From: Candidatus Aenigmatarchaeota archaeon
Lineage (GTDB): Archaea > Aenigmatarchaeota > Aenigmatarchaeia > QMZP01 > QMZT01
Length of the DNA stretch: 64,000 nucleotides
Assembly (NCBI GenBank): GCA_043808015.1
Contig: JAZDFI010000029.1
Coordinates: forward strand, 40,537-104,536
Direction of reading: 5' to 3'
The notes under the pieces: generated by a model
Seen by the model: only the letters and a program-made list of their open reading frames with translations
Database searches by the model: none
What the model was told of the DNA's origin: nothing
In this document: positions 10,018 through 19,157 of the stretch, in pieces
Position numbering within the stretch: position 1 is the stretch's first letter
How the letters are laid out: each line of letters opens with the position of its first letter
Position numbers and translations under genes: made by a program

Positions 10018-10782
10018 TCATCTGCCATGAAGCCAGTTGAAAAGCCTGTAGCTTAACTGTATTTTCGGTGTGTAAGTTTCTCCGATGAGGCTGGCCGCTA
10101 TGGCCCTTATGTGCTGCGCGGCTGGGGAACGCGGATTGTAAACGACAACCGGCTCTTTCATGGCAATCGCCTTTCGCACTTCTCTGTCCTCCGGCACTGT
10201 ACCTATTATGGGAAGGCCTATCATCCTCTCTATGTGTTCTGCCGGGAGCTCGTGCGTTTCGTTTTTCACCCTGTTGAGAATTATGCCGAGGTTGTGTGTT
10301 GAACACTTGTTTGACATCATGGTAAGCTTGAAGGCGTCCGTGACTGCCGGGAGCTCCGGATTTGTAACTGTCAATAGCTCGTCGGCCGCTTCCATGGCCG
10401 CCACGGATTCCTTGCCCAGTCCGGCTGGCGTGTCGATGAGTATGAAATCATGGCCTTCGAGCAGCTTGTAAAGCACATCGATATAATGATGGGATTTTAT
10501 ATTCTTTGTTTTTCTCATGGATATGTCCGCAGGTATGACCTTGAAGCCGGTTTTATGTGTGTAAAGAACGTCGCTGACCTTTGCCCTGCCTTCAAAAACG
10601 TCATGTATTGTTTTGGGGTACAAATGCATGCCGAGATGCAGTGCCAGATTCGACGTCGTCAGGTTGGCGTCGATGGCCACTACCGATTTGCCATATTGTG
10701 CCAAAGCCGCGGCGAGATTCGCGACGAGCGTCGTTTTGCCCACCCCGCCTTTACCAGAAGAAATTGCTATTATGCGTGTCAT
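10018..10782 (-). CDS. minD: MinD/ParA-family ATPase (archaeal MinD)
   Basis: Deviant Walker A SGKGGVGKTT, DTPAG, and a C-terminal amphipathic tail (SYRLFNWL). Confidence 0.85.
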   Translation of the reverse strand: MTRIIAISSGKGGVGKTTLVANLAAALAQYGKSVVAIDANLTTSNLALHLGMHLYPKTIHDVFEGRAKVSDVLYTHKTGFKVIPADISMRKTKNIKSHHYIDVLYKLLEGHDFILIDTPAGLGKESVAAMEAADELLTVTNPELPAVTDAFKLTMMSNKCSTHNLGIILNRVKNETHELPAEHIERMIGLPIIGTVPEDREVRKAIAMKEPVVVYNPRSPAAQHIRAIAASLIGETYTPKIQLSYRLFNWLHGR

Positions 10783-10835
10783 GCTATAGTCTTGTCTTCA
10801 AAAAGTTATAAAACTATCCTGTCAGAAACGCGGAG

Positions 10836-10942
10836 CGGACCTGGGGGGATTTTCGCTTAAGCCTTTTAGTTAAAAGACTTGTTTCGAACCCCCGACCTTT
10901 AGCTTAGGAGGCTACTGCTCTATCCAACTGAGCTACAGGCCC
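10836..10942 (-). tRNA. tRNA-Arg(CCT) with 33-nt intron in the T-loop (position 59/60; intron 10850-10882)
   Basis: GGGCCTG/CAGGTCC acceptor stem, anticodon loop CT-CCT-AA, T-stem GGGGG/CCCCC. Removing 10850-10882 restores TTCGAAT, and the junctions form a BHB. No encoded CCA. Confidence 0.93.
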
Positions 10943-10962
10943 GTCGCTAGCGCTGTTTAATG

Positions 10963-12507
10963 TTATAGTTTGAACAGGTTTTTAAAGAAGTTTATCACGC
11001 CATCGAGCGCCGAAGAGAACCAGTCATCATTCGTTTTCGAGATTATTTTTCCGGTGGGTATGTTTATTGATTCATCATTTTGTGCGTCGTTTTTTGAGCC
11101 ATTTTTATCCAGAACATTTTTTGTATTCCCGTCATCCTTTGCCTGTCCCGTGTTATTAAGAAAATAATTTTTCAGTGCGACGCCGTCATTGTTTGTATTT
11201 CTTGCGTTCGTTACGCCGGTTGCATTGCACGTTGTCTTGTTTTCACACTTGCAAGCCTGACACGGCGGGCAGGAGCATGGCTTGGATGTTTCGATTGTTT
11301 TTGTTTTGCATAAAGAAGTTGCTTGGCCTTCTATTTTCAGTTCGCCATAATCCCGCGAATCGAGGCCTTCGGTCCTGACCGCATAGCTTCCGTTCGCATA
11401 ATTGCCGTCGCAGTTGGGGTTTATTTGCAGCGGGATTGTAATTGTCTGGTTGGAAAATTTTTCATAAACGTTAAGGTTCGCCTTTGCTATTTTTGTTCCG
11501 GCTGCATTTTCTATCCAGACATCTATTGAACTCTTTGTCGTGTCGCCTTTGTAAACATTGACAACGACATCAACCATGTCGCCGAACTTCGCTTTTTTGT
11601 CGGAGCCTACGTCGATTTCCAGTATTTTTATTGATGATTCTTTTACCGGTGGTTCGCCGCCGACCACGACGATTTTGTCCGCATGGTTGTTGGAAGCGCC
11701 GGTGTCGTTGCATCCGAAAACATAAAGATGCGCCATGATGCGATACGCTTCAGTCCCCTTTGTCGCTGGTGGTGTCCACTCCCTGGAGATGTTTTCATTG
11801 CATTCCATGGCCGCAGACGAATTGTGTTTTGCTTTGATGGCCGCGCCGAACAAATCCTCTATCCAGTATTCTACGACAACGTCTTTTTTCATACACGACG
11901 CGTCTTTTAAAACCAAAAAATAGTTCTGTTTTTCACCTGAATTAAAAAATTGCTCTGATGCTATTGCGATTGATATGTCGCACGCATCCGCAACGGTCTC
12001 GTTGGTCTGGTTGTACGGTTCGCCCGCGCACGCGTTTTCGCGGCCGGGGGTCGATACATTCTGCTGGACTAATGCATCCGCGCAAATACCATAAGAAACA
12101 TTCGCATCAGACCCCGAGTATATGATACTCTGGAGAGCGACTGAATTTTTGTACAGGGTGATGTTGCTCCCGGTGTTAGTCAGCCTCAGCGACTTGCCCT
12201 CCAGCAGTTTAACGCCTTCTGTATTCCACATCTCGCCAAATACGCTGGCGTTTCTTGTGATTAACAAATATTCTCCGGCTGAAAGCGAACTGTTGATTAT
12301 CGTCTGGTATTTTCCAGTCTCCAGCAAGAGGCTCTCCGCTTCGACTGGCTCGCTTATAAAAATTTCCAGCCATTCGGAGCAGTCGGAGCAGTTATCGGCC
12401 GGGTCTGGCATGAATTCGCTCACGAAAATCGCCTGTGAACTTCCTGCTAAAATCAGAAACAACAACGACATTATCGATAAAATAAGCAGTTCAGAACCAT
12501 GCTTCAT
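10963..12507 (-). CDS. Secreted lamin-tail-domain (LTD) protein with Ig-like and Cys-rich regions
   Basis: Signal peptide, then LTD motifs IFVSEFMPDP…EWLEI…LTNTG…STPGREN; CSCPPCQACKC segment; many N-x-S/T sequons. Confidence 0.75.
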   Translation of the reverse strand: MKHGSELLILSIMSLLFLILAGSSQAIFVSEFMPDPADNCSDCSEWLEIFISEPVEAESLLLETGKYQTIINSSLSAGEYLLITRNASVFGEMWNTEGVKLLEGKSLRLTNTGSNITLYKNSVALQSIIYSGSDANVSYGICADALVQQNVSTPGRENACAGEPYNQTNETVADACDISIAIASEQFFNSGEKQNYFLVLKDASCMKKDVVVEYWIEDLFGAAIKAKHNSSAAMECNENISREWTPPATKGTEAYRIMAHLYVFGCNDTGASNNHADKIVVVGGEPPVKESSIKILEIDVGSDKKAKFGDMVDVVVNVYKGDTTKSSIDVWIENAAGTKIAKANLNVYEKFSNQTITIPLQINPNCDGNYANGSYAVRTEGLDSRDYGELKIEGQATSLCKTKTIETSKPCSCPPCQACKCENKTTCNATGVTNARNTNNDGVALKNYFLNNTGQAKDDGNTKNVLDKNGSKNDAQNDESINIPTGKIISKTNDDWFSSALDGVINFFKNLFKL

Positions 12508-12539
12508 GAAATGATTGTGAAATATATGTTAAAATAGTT

Positions 12540-12563
12540 ATGTTTAAACATATGTTTAAACAT
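12540..12563. promoter_or_regulatory. Tandem palindrome ATGTTTAAACAT x2 (putative operator)
   Basis: Two perfect abutting 12-bp palindromes, 33 bp upstream of the LTD gene start. Confidence 0.65.
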
Positions 12564-12574
12564 TTTTCAGGTTT

Positions 12575-13105
12575 TCACACACAGTCGGAACAAATCCATC
12601 TGCCGTTCGTGTTTCTAAGTTCCTCGGAAAATTCACTGCACTTCTCGCAAATGCCGGATATTATTTCGTTGGGGCGCGCGACTATTTCTGCCCTGGCTTT
12701 CAGCCTCTCCGAAAGGATTTCAACAAGCTCAGGCGAGACAGTTATTATTTCCCTTGTCGAAACTATGCCTTTCAGCTCGCCGTTCTCCACTACCGGGAAT
12801 CTTTTGTAGCCGGTCTTGAGCATTTTTTTGGCGACCTTCATCATGCTCTCGTCCGAAGAAATGGTGATGAAAGGTCTTTTCATGCTGGCCCAGTAATCCC
12901 CCGCCTTGACTTTCTTGAGGTCCTTCTCCTTTGCGACCAGCGTAACGATATCGTTCGTTGTTATGAGGCCGATGGGTTTGTTTTCGCTGATTATGACCAC
13001 GCAGCCGATCTTGTTGTTCGTAAGGATTTTGGCTATGGTCGACATGTTCATTTTAGGGTCAATGGTGACCACGTGCTTCTTCATCACGTCTCTTACTCTT
13101 ATCAT
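12575..13105 (-). CDS. CBS-pair protein with C-terminal zinc ribbon
   Basis: Two CBS domains plus CEKC…CSDC; GGGGTG RBS before ATG 13105. Confidence 0.85.
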   Translation of the reverse strand: MIRVRDVMKKHVVTIDPKMNMSTIAKILTNNKIGCVVIISENKPIGLITTNDIVTLVAKEKDLKKVKAGDYWASMKRPFITISSDESMMKVAKKMLKTGYKRFPVVENGELKGIVSTREIITVSPELVEILSERLKARAEIVARPNEIISGICEKCSEFSEELRNTNGRWICSDCV

Positions 13106-13180
13106 CGAAAACACCCCGATTATATTCGTCGAACAGACTTTTTAAGCGTGTTTTATGGCATCGTAGCTGGCGCGATTCAG

Positions 13181-15916
13181 CTACTTTTTGGCTTTTTCCC
13201 TTATCTTCGCCTGTGCAGCTGACAATCTTGCTACCGGAACCCTGAAAGGCGAGCAGGATACGTAGTCCATACCTATTTTATGACAGAATTCTATAGTCCT
13301 TGGGTCGCCGCCATGCTCACCACATATGCCGATTTCCAGGTTTTTCTTTGTTTTCCTGCCGCGCTCTATGCCTATCTTCATGATGTCGCCAATACCCTGC
13401 TGGTCGATTGTCTGGAACGGGTCTTCAGGTAGTATGCCTTTCTTCAGATAGTCCTGCAAAAAGCTGCCTATGTCGTCGCGGGAGAATCCGAAGCCCATCT
13501 GCGTCATGTCATTCGTTCCGTAGGAGAAGAACTGCGCGATCTCGGCAAGCTTGTCCGCGACGAAAGCGGCTCTGGGTATTTCTATCATCGTGCCGAACAT
13601 GTACCTTATCCGTTTCAGCTTGTATTTGGCAAGCACATTTTTGTAAACCCTCTCCGCAATTTCGAGCTGGTTCTTTAGTTCCTTTGGTTCAGAAACGACT
13701 GCTATCATTATCTCCGGGTATGGTTTCTTGCCTTCTATTATCAGCTCTGCGGCCGCCTCAAAAATGGCGCGTATCTGCATCTCGGAAATCTCAGGGTATG
13801 TTATGCCCAGGCGCACGCCACGATGGCCCATCATGGGATTCGACTCGTGCAGATCGTCTGCGCGTGCTTTCAGCTCTTCCACGGTTATGCCAAGATTGCT
13901 GGCCAGGTGCTGCAGTTTTTCGCTGTCTTTTGGCACGAACTCGTGCAGCGGCGGATCAAGAAGACGTATGACGACGGGTAGATTATCCATCGCCAGAAGC
14001 GTTTCCTTTATGTCTTTTTTGACATATGGGTAAAGCTCGTCCAGCGCCTTTCTCCTCTCGCTCTCTGTTTTCGAAACTATCATTTTGCGCAGCCTGAAAA
14101 GCGGCTCTTCGGAATTCTTGCCGTAGAACATGTGCTCGGTCCTGAAAAGTCCGATGCCTTCTGCGCCGAACTGCCTTGCCTTTGCAGCGTCTTCCGGCGT
14201 ATCTGCGTTCGTGCGGATGCCGAGCTTTCTCACCGAATCGCAAAGCCTGAGGAAATCGTTGAATATTTTATTTTCCTTCAAGGCATCCATCATGGGCAGT
14301 CGTCCTTCGTACACGTTGCCTTTCGTGCCGTTGAGCGTCAGCCAGTCGCCTTCCTTGATGACTATGCCTTCCGCATGAATCTCTTTTTTGGCTGCGTCGA
14401 CATGCAAAGCCCCTGCTCCGACGATGCAGCATTTGCCCCAGCCTCTCGCCACGAGCGCCGCATGGGATGTCATGCCGCCGCGGGCGGTTAGAATCGCCTG
14501 CGCTGCGCGCATTCCTTCGACATCTTCTGGATTCGTCTCCTCGCGGACGAGGATGACGCACTTGCCCTGCCTGGCCCATTCCACCGCGTCTTTCGCTGTG
14601 AAAACTATCTGTCCTGAAGCGCCACCGGGCCCGGCAGGAAGGCCTTTGGCGATGATTTTGCATTTCGCTTCCACCTTGGTGTCGACTACAGGATGAAGCA
14701 GCTCATCGAGCTGCGACGGCGTCACCCGCATGATGGCTTCCTCTTTTGTGATGAGTTTTTCTTTTAGCATATCCATTGCCATGCGCACAGCGGCCGGGCC
14801 GTTCCTCTTGCCGATGCGGCACTGCAACATGTAAAGTTTGTCGCGCTCTATCGTGAATTCGATGTCCTGCATGTCGCGATAGTGATTCTCGAGTTTTTTC
14901 TGATACGTGAAAAGCTCCTTGTAAAGATGCGGCATGGTTTTTTCCAGCGTGACGAGCGATTTGTTGTGCTCCGATGTGGAATATACATTTATCGGGGCCG
15001 GCGTGCGGATGCCGGCAACGACGTCCTCGCCCTGCGCATTTATCAGGTATTCTCCGTAAAAATCGTTTTCACCGTTGCCTGGATTTCGCGTGAATGCCAC
15101 TCCAGTTGCCGAATCGTTGCCCATGTTGCCGAAGACCATGGACTGCACGTTGACTGCTGTTCCCCATTCGTCAGGTATCCCTTCTATGCGTCGGTAACTG
15201 ACGGCGCGCTTGCCGTTCCATGACGAGAAGACCGCACTTATCCCGCCCCACAACTGTTCGTCCGGGTCGTCCGGGAAATTCTTGCCGAGAACGTCCTTGA
15301 CCCTGGTCTTGAAAAGCCAGCAGAGCTTCTTCAGGTCCTCCACAGTAAGGTCTGTGTCGCTTTTGTATCCATTTTCCTTTTTAACCTTGTCCATTATCTT
15401 TTCGAACTGTTTGCGTATGCCTTCATCGTCTTTTGGCTCGATACCAGCGGCCTTCTCCATCACGACATCCGAGTACATCATGATAAGGCGCCTGTATGCG
15501 TCATAAACGAAGCGCTCGTTGCCGCCGCTCTGCTTGATCATGCCGGATATGGTTTTTGTGGTAAGGCCGACGTTAAGGACGGTCTCCATCATGCCAGGCA
15601 TCGACTTGCGCGCGCCCGAACGAACTGAAACCAGCAGCGGGTTTGCCGGGTCGCCGAATTTCCTGTGCATGAGCGCCTCGATTTTTTTCATTGCCTTGCT
15701 GACTTCGCCCTTAAGCTCCTTGGGATATTTCCTGCCGTTCTTGTAATAATGTGTGCATACTTCTGTAGTAATCGTGAAGCCCGGAGGGACCGGAAGCCGC
15801 AAAGCGGGATGACCAGCCATCTCTGCGAGGTTCGCCCCTTTGCCGCCCAGCAGTTCCTTCATCGTCTCGTTGCCGTCAGCCTTTCCTCCGCCGAAAAAAT
15901 AAACATTTTTTTTCAT
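13181..15916 (-). CDS. ppdK: Pyruvate, phosphate dikinase
   Basis: LLGGKGANLAEM, SVRSGA, AQGEDVVAGIRTP, phospho-His motif GGMTSHAA, GICGEHGG. Confidence 0.97.
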   Translation of the reverse strand: MKKNVYFFGGGKADGNETMKELLGGKGANLAEMAGHPALRLPVPPGFTITTEVCTHYYKNGRKYPKELKGEVSKAMKKIEALMHRKFGDPANPLLVSVRSGARKSMPGMMETVLNVGLTTKTISGMIKQSGGNERFVYDAYRRLIMMYSDVVMEKAAGIEPKDDEGIRKQFEKIMDKVKKENGYKSDTDLTVEDLKKLCWLFKTRVKDVLGKNFPDDPDEQLWGGISAVFSSWNGKRAVSYRRIEGIPDEWGTAVNVQSMVFGNMGNDSATGVAFTRNPGNGENDFYGEYLINAQGEDVVAGIRTPAPINVYSTSEHNKSLVTLEKTMPHLYKELFTYQKKLENHYRDMQDIEFTIERDKLYMLQCRIGKRNGPAAVRMAMDMLKEKLITKEEAIMRVTPSQLDELLHPVVDTKVEAKCKIIAKGLPAGPGGASGQIVFTAKDAVEWARQGKCVILVREETNPEDVEGMRAAQAILTARGGMTSHAALVARGWGKCCIVGAGALHVDAAKKEIHAEGIVIKEGDWLTLNGTKGNVYEGRLPMMDALKENKIFNDFLRLCDSVRKLGIRTNADTPEDAAKARQFGAEGIGLFRTEHMFYGKNSEEPLFRLRKMIVSKTESERRKALDELYPYVKKDIKETLLAMDNLPVVIRLLDPPLHEFVPKDSEKLQHLASNLGITVEELKARADDLHESNPMMGHRGVRLGITYPEISEMQIRAIFEAAAELIIEGKKPYPEIMIAVVSEPKELKNQLEIAERVYKNVLAKYKLKRIRYMFGTMIEIPRAAFVADKLAEIAQFFSYGTNDMTQMGFGFSRDDIGSFLQDYLKKGILPEDPFQTIDQQGIGDIMKIGIERGRKTKKNLEIGICGEHGGDPRTIEFCHKIGMDYVSCSPFRVPVARLSAAQAKIREKAKK

Positions 15917-15996
15917 ATTATCACCCTCAAACTAGATTAAACCTTTTGGTCTTTTTAATTTAAAAATATATATTAGACCCGGCCCAACGTATATAT

Positions 15997-16479
15997 ATGG
16001 GCAAGAAAGGCATATCGCCAGTTATAGCCAGCGTCCTTCTCATAGGCATAACTGTCGCGGTTGGTGTGATGCTTTCTTCATGGATAACGCACTGGATAAG
16101 CAACAAGACGCAGGACATAAGCAGTGCCTGCGCCACGAGCACCAACTATAAGATAGATTCAATCATCTATTCATCAGCCACAAAGAACATGACCATAATG
16201 CTGACGAACATGGGAAGCGTCGAACTTTACGGCTTCAGCGTCCAGATTCTGAACGGGACCGAGGTTATAGTTTATAACTACACTGATACTAAATTTAAAA
16301 TAAGTCCCAACATAACGCAATCGAATCCGTTGAAACAGCAGAGATCTGCAATAATAATAGTTTCGCTCGACGCAAGCGGATACGAAGCCGGCCTCGGCGA
16401 GACAGCCGATATGGTAAAGGTTCTCAACAGCGCCTGCCCGGCGTTTTCGCTTGAAACGAGAACCGTGACAAGGGAGTGA
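15997..16479 (+). CDS. Archaeal type IV pilin (class III signal peptide)
   Basis: MGKKG/ISPVIASVLLIGITVAVG. Confidence 0.9.
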   Translation: MGKKGISPVIASVLLIGITVAVGVMLSSWITHWISNKTQDISSACATSTNYKIDSIIYSSATKNMTIMLTNMGSVELYGFSVQILNGTEVIVYNYTDTKFKISPNITQSNPLKQQRSAIIIVSLDASGYEAGLGETADMVKVLNSACPAFSLETRTVTRE

Positions 16480-16484
16480 TGTGC

Positions 16485-16922
16485 ATGATGAGAAAAGGTA
16501 TATCCCCATTGATAGCGACCATAATGTTAATAGCTTTTACTATGGTTGTTGCAGGCATAATCGCCGGCTGGGCGACGCAGTTTGTGACGCAGAGCCGTTC
16601 GGAGCTGCAGTTCTGCTCCAAAGCCCAGATGCTGATACAGAGGGCATATTACGACAACGTGTCAAAAACGCTCACTCTTGCACTTTTTAACACGGGTGAC
16701 GTTCCTCTCGATGGTTTCTCCGTAAGGATTACATATAACAACGAGACCATAACATCCGAGAAGTTCGAGGATCTTAACATATCATATCAGGAAATAAAGA
16801 CTGCGGTCGTGCTTACTGACGATACGCTCAAACAGATAGCGGTCCAGTCCCTGCAATGCAGGGGTGCGCAGGATATGATAAACAGGTATGACGTCCAGGG
16901 CATAGGCTTCAAGTCGTTCTAG
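16485..16922 (+). CDS. Archaeal type IV pilin (class III signal peptide)
   Basis: MMRKG/ISPLIATIMLIAFTMVVAGII. Start could be 16479, 16485 or 16488. Confidence 0.9.
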   Translation: MMRKGISPLIATIMLIAFTMVVAGIIAGWATQFVTQSRSELQFCSKAQMLIQRAYYDNVSKTLTLALFNTGDVPLDGFSVRITYNNETITSEKFEDLNISYQEIKTAVVLTDDTLKQIAVQSLQCRGAQDMINRYDVQGIGFKSF

Positions 16923-16962
16923 CGCTCTTGCGCCCTTTTATTTACCTTTCACAATTCTTTTT

Positions 16963-17373
16963 ATGAAATTCCAGTTTATCAAGGACATGACTTCGGATGT
17001 CGTGTTCGAGGCATTTGGAAAGGATAAGAAAGAGCTTTTCGAAAACGCAGGATTTGCCCTGATGAGCGTCATATGCCAGGTGGATAAAATAGCGCCGCTG
17101 CTTTCCAAAGAAGTCGAAGTCTCGGGTGAGAACGAAAAAGACCTGCTGTTCAACTGGCTGCAGAAGCTCATAGAGATGGTTGACATCGAAAACATTTTCT
17201 TCTCCAAATTCGAGATCAAAAAAATCAGCGGCAAACACATGATTGTCAAGTGCTTCGGCGAAGGCTCCGACCCCGGCAGGGGCGGCACGCTCGTCAAAGC
17301 GGTGACTTATTACAAGTTCAACATTGAAAAGACGAAAGACGGTCTCAAAGCGACTGTCAGCCTGGATATATGA
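16963..17373 (+). CDS. Archease (RtcB activator)
   Basis: TSDV.FEAFG…ELFENAG.AL, LLFNWL, VKAVTYY, C-terminal LDI. Confidence 0.93.
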   Translation: MKFQFIKDMTSDVVFEAFGKDKKELFENAGFALMSVICQVDKIAPLLSKEVEVSGENEKDLLFNWLQKLIEMVDIENIFFSKFEIKKISGKHMIVKCFGEGSDPGRGGTLVKAVTYYKFNIEKTKDGLKATVSLDI

Positions 17374-17377
17374 GTGC

Positions 17378-18790
17378 TTAGCCTTTGCAGACGCCGATCG
17401 GCAGCGCCTTTGCGACCTTGAGTGAGATGCCCATTCCATGGACGGATTCTATCACGTCGTCTACGTTCTTGTAAGCGCCTGGCGCCTCTTCTGCGAGGAC
17501 TTCTGGGTGCGTTGACTGGGCAACGATGCCCTTCTTCGCGAGGTCGTCCTTGACATTGCCTCCCCAGAACTTCTTTATCGCGTCGTTCCTTGACATCGCC
17601 CTGCCGGCGCCGTGCACGGTCGAGCCGAACGTCTTTTCCAGCGACGCTTCAGCGCCTTTGAGTATGTAACTCGACGTTCCCATCGTGCCCGCGATGAGCA
17701 CCGGATCGCCCGGGAAGCTGCGCGTCGACCCCTTCCGATGGACGTACACTTTTCGCTTCTTGCCGTCTATTTTGTGTTCCTCCACCTTCACTACGTTATG
17801 GCAGAGGCCGTAAAGCGTGTGCATGCCCATCGCTTCCCACTCGCGATTGAATACCTTCTCGAACGTTTCGCGTATCCACTGGGTCATTACCAGACGATTG
17901 GTGAAAGAATAGTTCACGGCACATTTCATAGCGGAAAAATAATCCAACGCTTCCGGCGTCTTCGCCGGCGCGCACGCGAGCTGCCTGTCAGGGAGCCATA
18001 TTTTGTATTTGTCGACCGCCTTCTCCTGTATTTTCAGGTAATCGGTCGCAACCTGATGGCCGAGCCCGCGCGAGCCGCAGTGCAGCATTATGAGGACCTG
18101 ATCCGGACTCTCGATTCCCCATTTGCTGGCGACCGGCGCATCGTAAATTTCCGAGACCTTCTGTATTTCCAGAAAATGGTTCCCGGCACCGAGCGTTCCC
18201 AGCTGTTCGAGGCCGCGTTTCTTGGCAAGGTCTGAAACCTTTTTCGGGTCGCCGCCTTCCATGCATCCCTTTTCTTCCATGTGTTCCCTGTCGCTGGCGA
18301 CGCCGTAGCCATTTTCGATAGCCCAGTTAACGCCGTGCGTGAGGACCTGCGCGAGCTGATCCTGCGTCAGCTTCAGCCTTCCATGAGCTCCGACGCCGCA
18401 TGGTATGGTCTTGAAAAGGGCTGATATGAGTTCGTTGAGCTTCGGCTTCACTTCATCATAAGTGAGGCTGGTGCGTATGGAATTAACTCCGCAGTTTATG
18501 TCGAAGCCGCACAGGCCTGAAGAAATTATACCATCGTCAAAATCGAATGCAGACACCGCGCCCATGGGAAGACCGTAGCCCCAGTGCATGTCCGGGAGGC
18601 CGATAACTGGTTCTATCACACCCGGCAGGCAGGCGACATTGGTGAGCTGTTCGATGGCAGCGTCTTCGATACCATTTATGATCTGGCTGTTGCCCACGAT
18701 TTTTGCCTTCACGTTCATCTTGGGCCTGACGTTTTTTTCGAGTTCCCACTCGTAATCTGAAACCTGTTTCAGCTTGCTTTTCATCGTCAT
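17378..18790 (-). CDS. rtcB: RNA-splicing ligase RtcB
   Basis: PDMHWGYG, GFDINCG, GTLGAGNHF, HCGSRG, HN, VHRKG, HGAGR, EEAPGAYK; no intein. Confidence 0.96.
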   Translation of the reverse strand: MTMKSKLKQVSDYEWELEKNVRPKMNVKAKIVGNSQIINGIEDAAIEQLTNVACLPGVIEPVIGLPDMHWGYGLPMGAVSAFDFDDGIISSGLCGFDINCGVNSIRTSLTYDEVKPKLNELISALFKTIPCGVGAHGRLKLTQDQLAQVLTHGVNWAIENGYGVASDREHMEEKGCMEGGDPKKVSDLAKKRGLEQLGTLGAGNHFLEIQKVSEIYDAPVASKWGIESPDQVLIMLHCGSRGLGHQVATDYLKIQEKAVDKYKIWLPDRQLACAPAKTPEALDYFSAMKCAVNYSFTNRLVMTQWIRETFEKVFNREWEAMGMHTLYGLCHNVVKVEEHKIDGKKRKVYVHRKGSTRSFPGDPVLIAGTMGTSSYILKGAEASLEKTFGSTVHGAGRAMSRNDAIKKFWGGNVKDDLAKKGIVAQSTHPEVLAEEAPGAYKNVDDVIESVHGMGISLKVAKALPIGVCKG

Positions 18791-18892
18791 GCGCTCCCTC
18801 CAGAACTATGATGTGTTATTAATATTTAAAATAGTTTTTCTTATATAGGGTCATCAATTAATATATTAATGATGTTGAAGGTAGGTGGATAA

Positions 18893-19147
18893 ATGAGCAG
18901 TAAACAATTTTACAAAAGAGGATGGCATCACAATAAAGGCAGGGGAAGGGAAACGTCTGTCACATGCGGTTTCTGCGGAAGGATTGTCCCTAAATACAAA
19001 ACCTTTGCAGTTTACAGAGGATTTTCCATCACTGATCCTGCACTGAGACAGGAACTCGGCGGGAGAGGCGGTTCTTTGTTTTCTACCAAATTGTATGCGT
19101 GCCCTGGCTGTGCAAGGCACAGACAAATCGTAAAGAAAAAAAGATGA
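18893..19147 (+). CDS. rps26e: 30S ribosomal protein eS26 (S26e)
   Basis: Basic 84 aa protein with V.CxxCGR.VPK.K, DP.L..EL and Y.CxxCA.H..I.K, the eS26 Zn-finger pattern. Confidence 0.78.
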   Translation: MSSKQFYKRGWHHNKGRGRETSVTCGFCGRIVPKYKTFAVYRGFSITDPALRQELGGRGGSLFSTKLYACPGCARHRQIVKKKR

Positions 19148-19157
19148 TGGTGCATTG

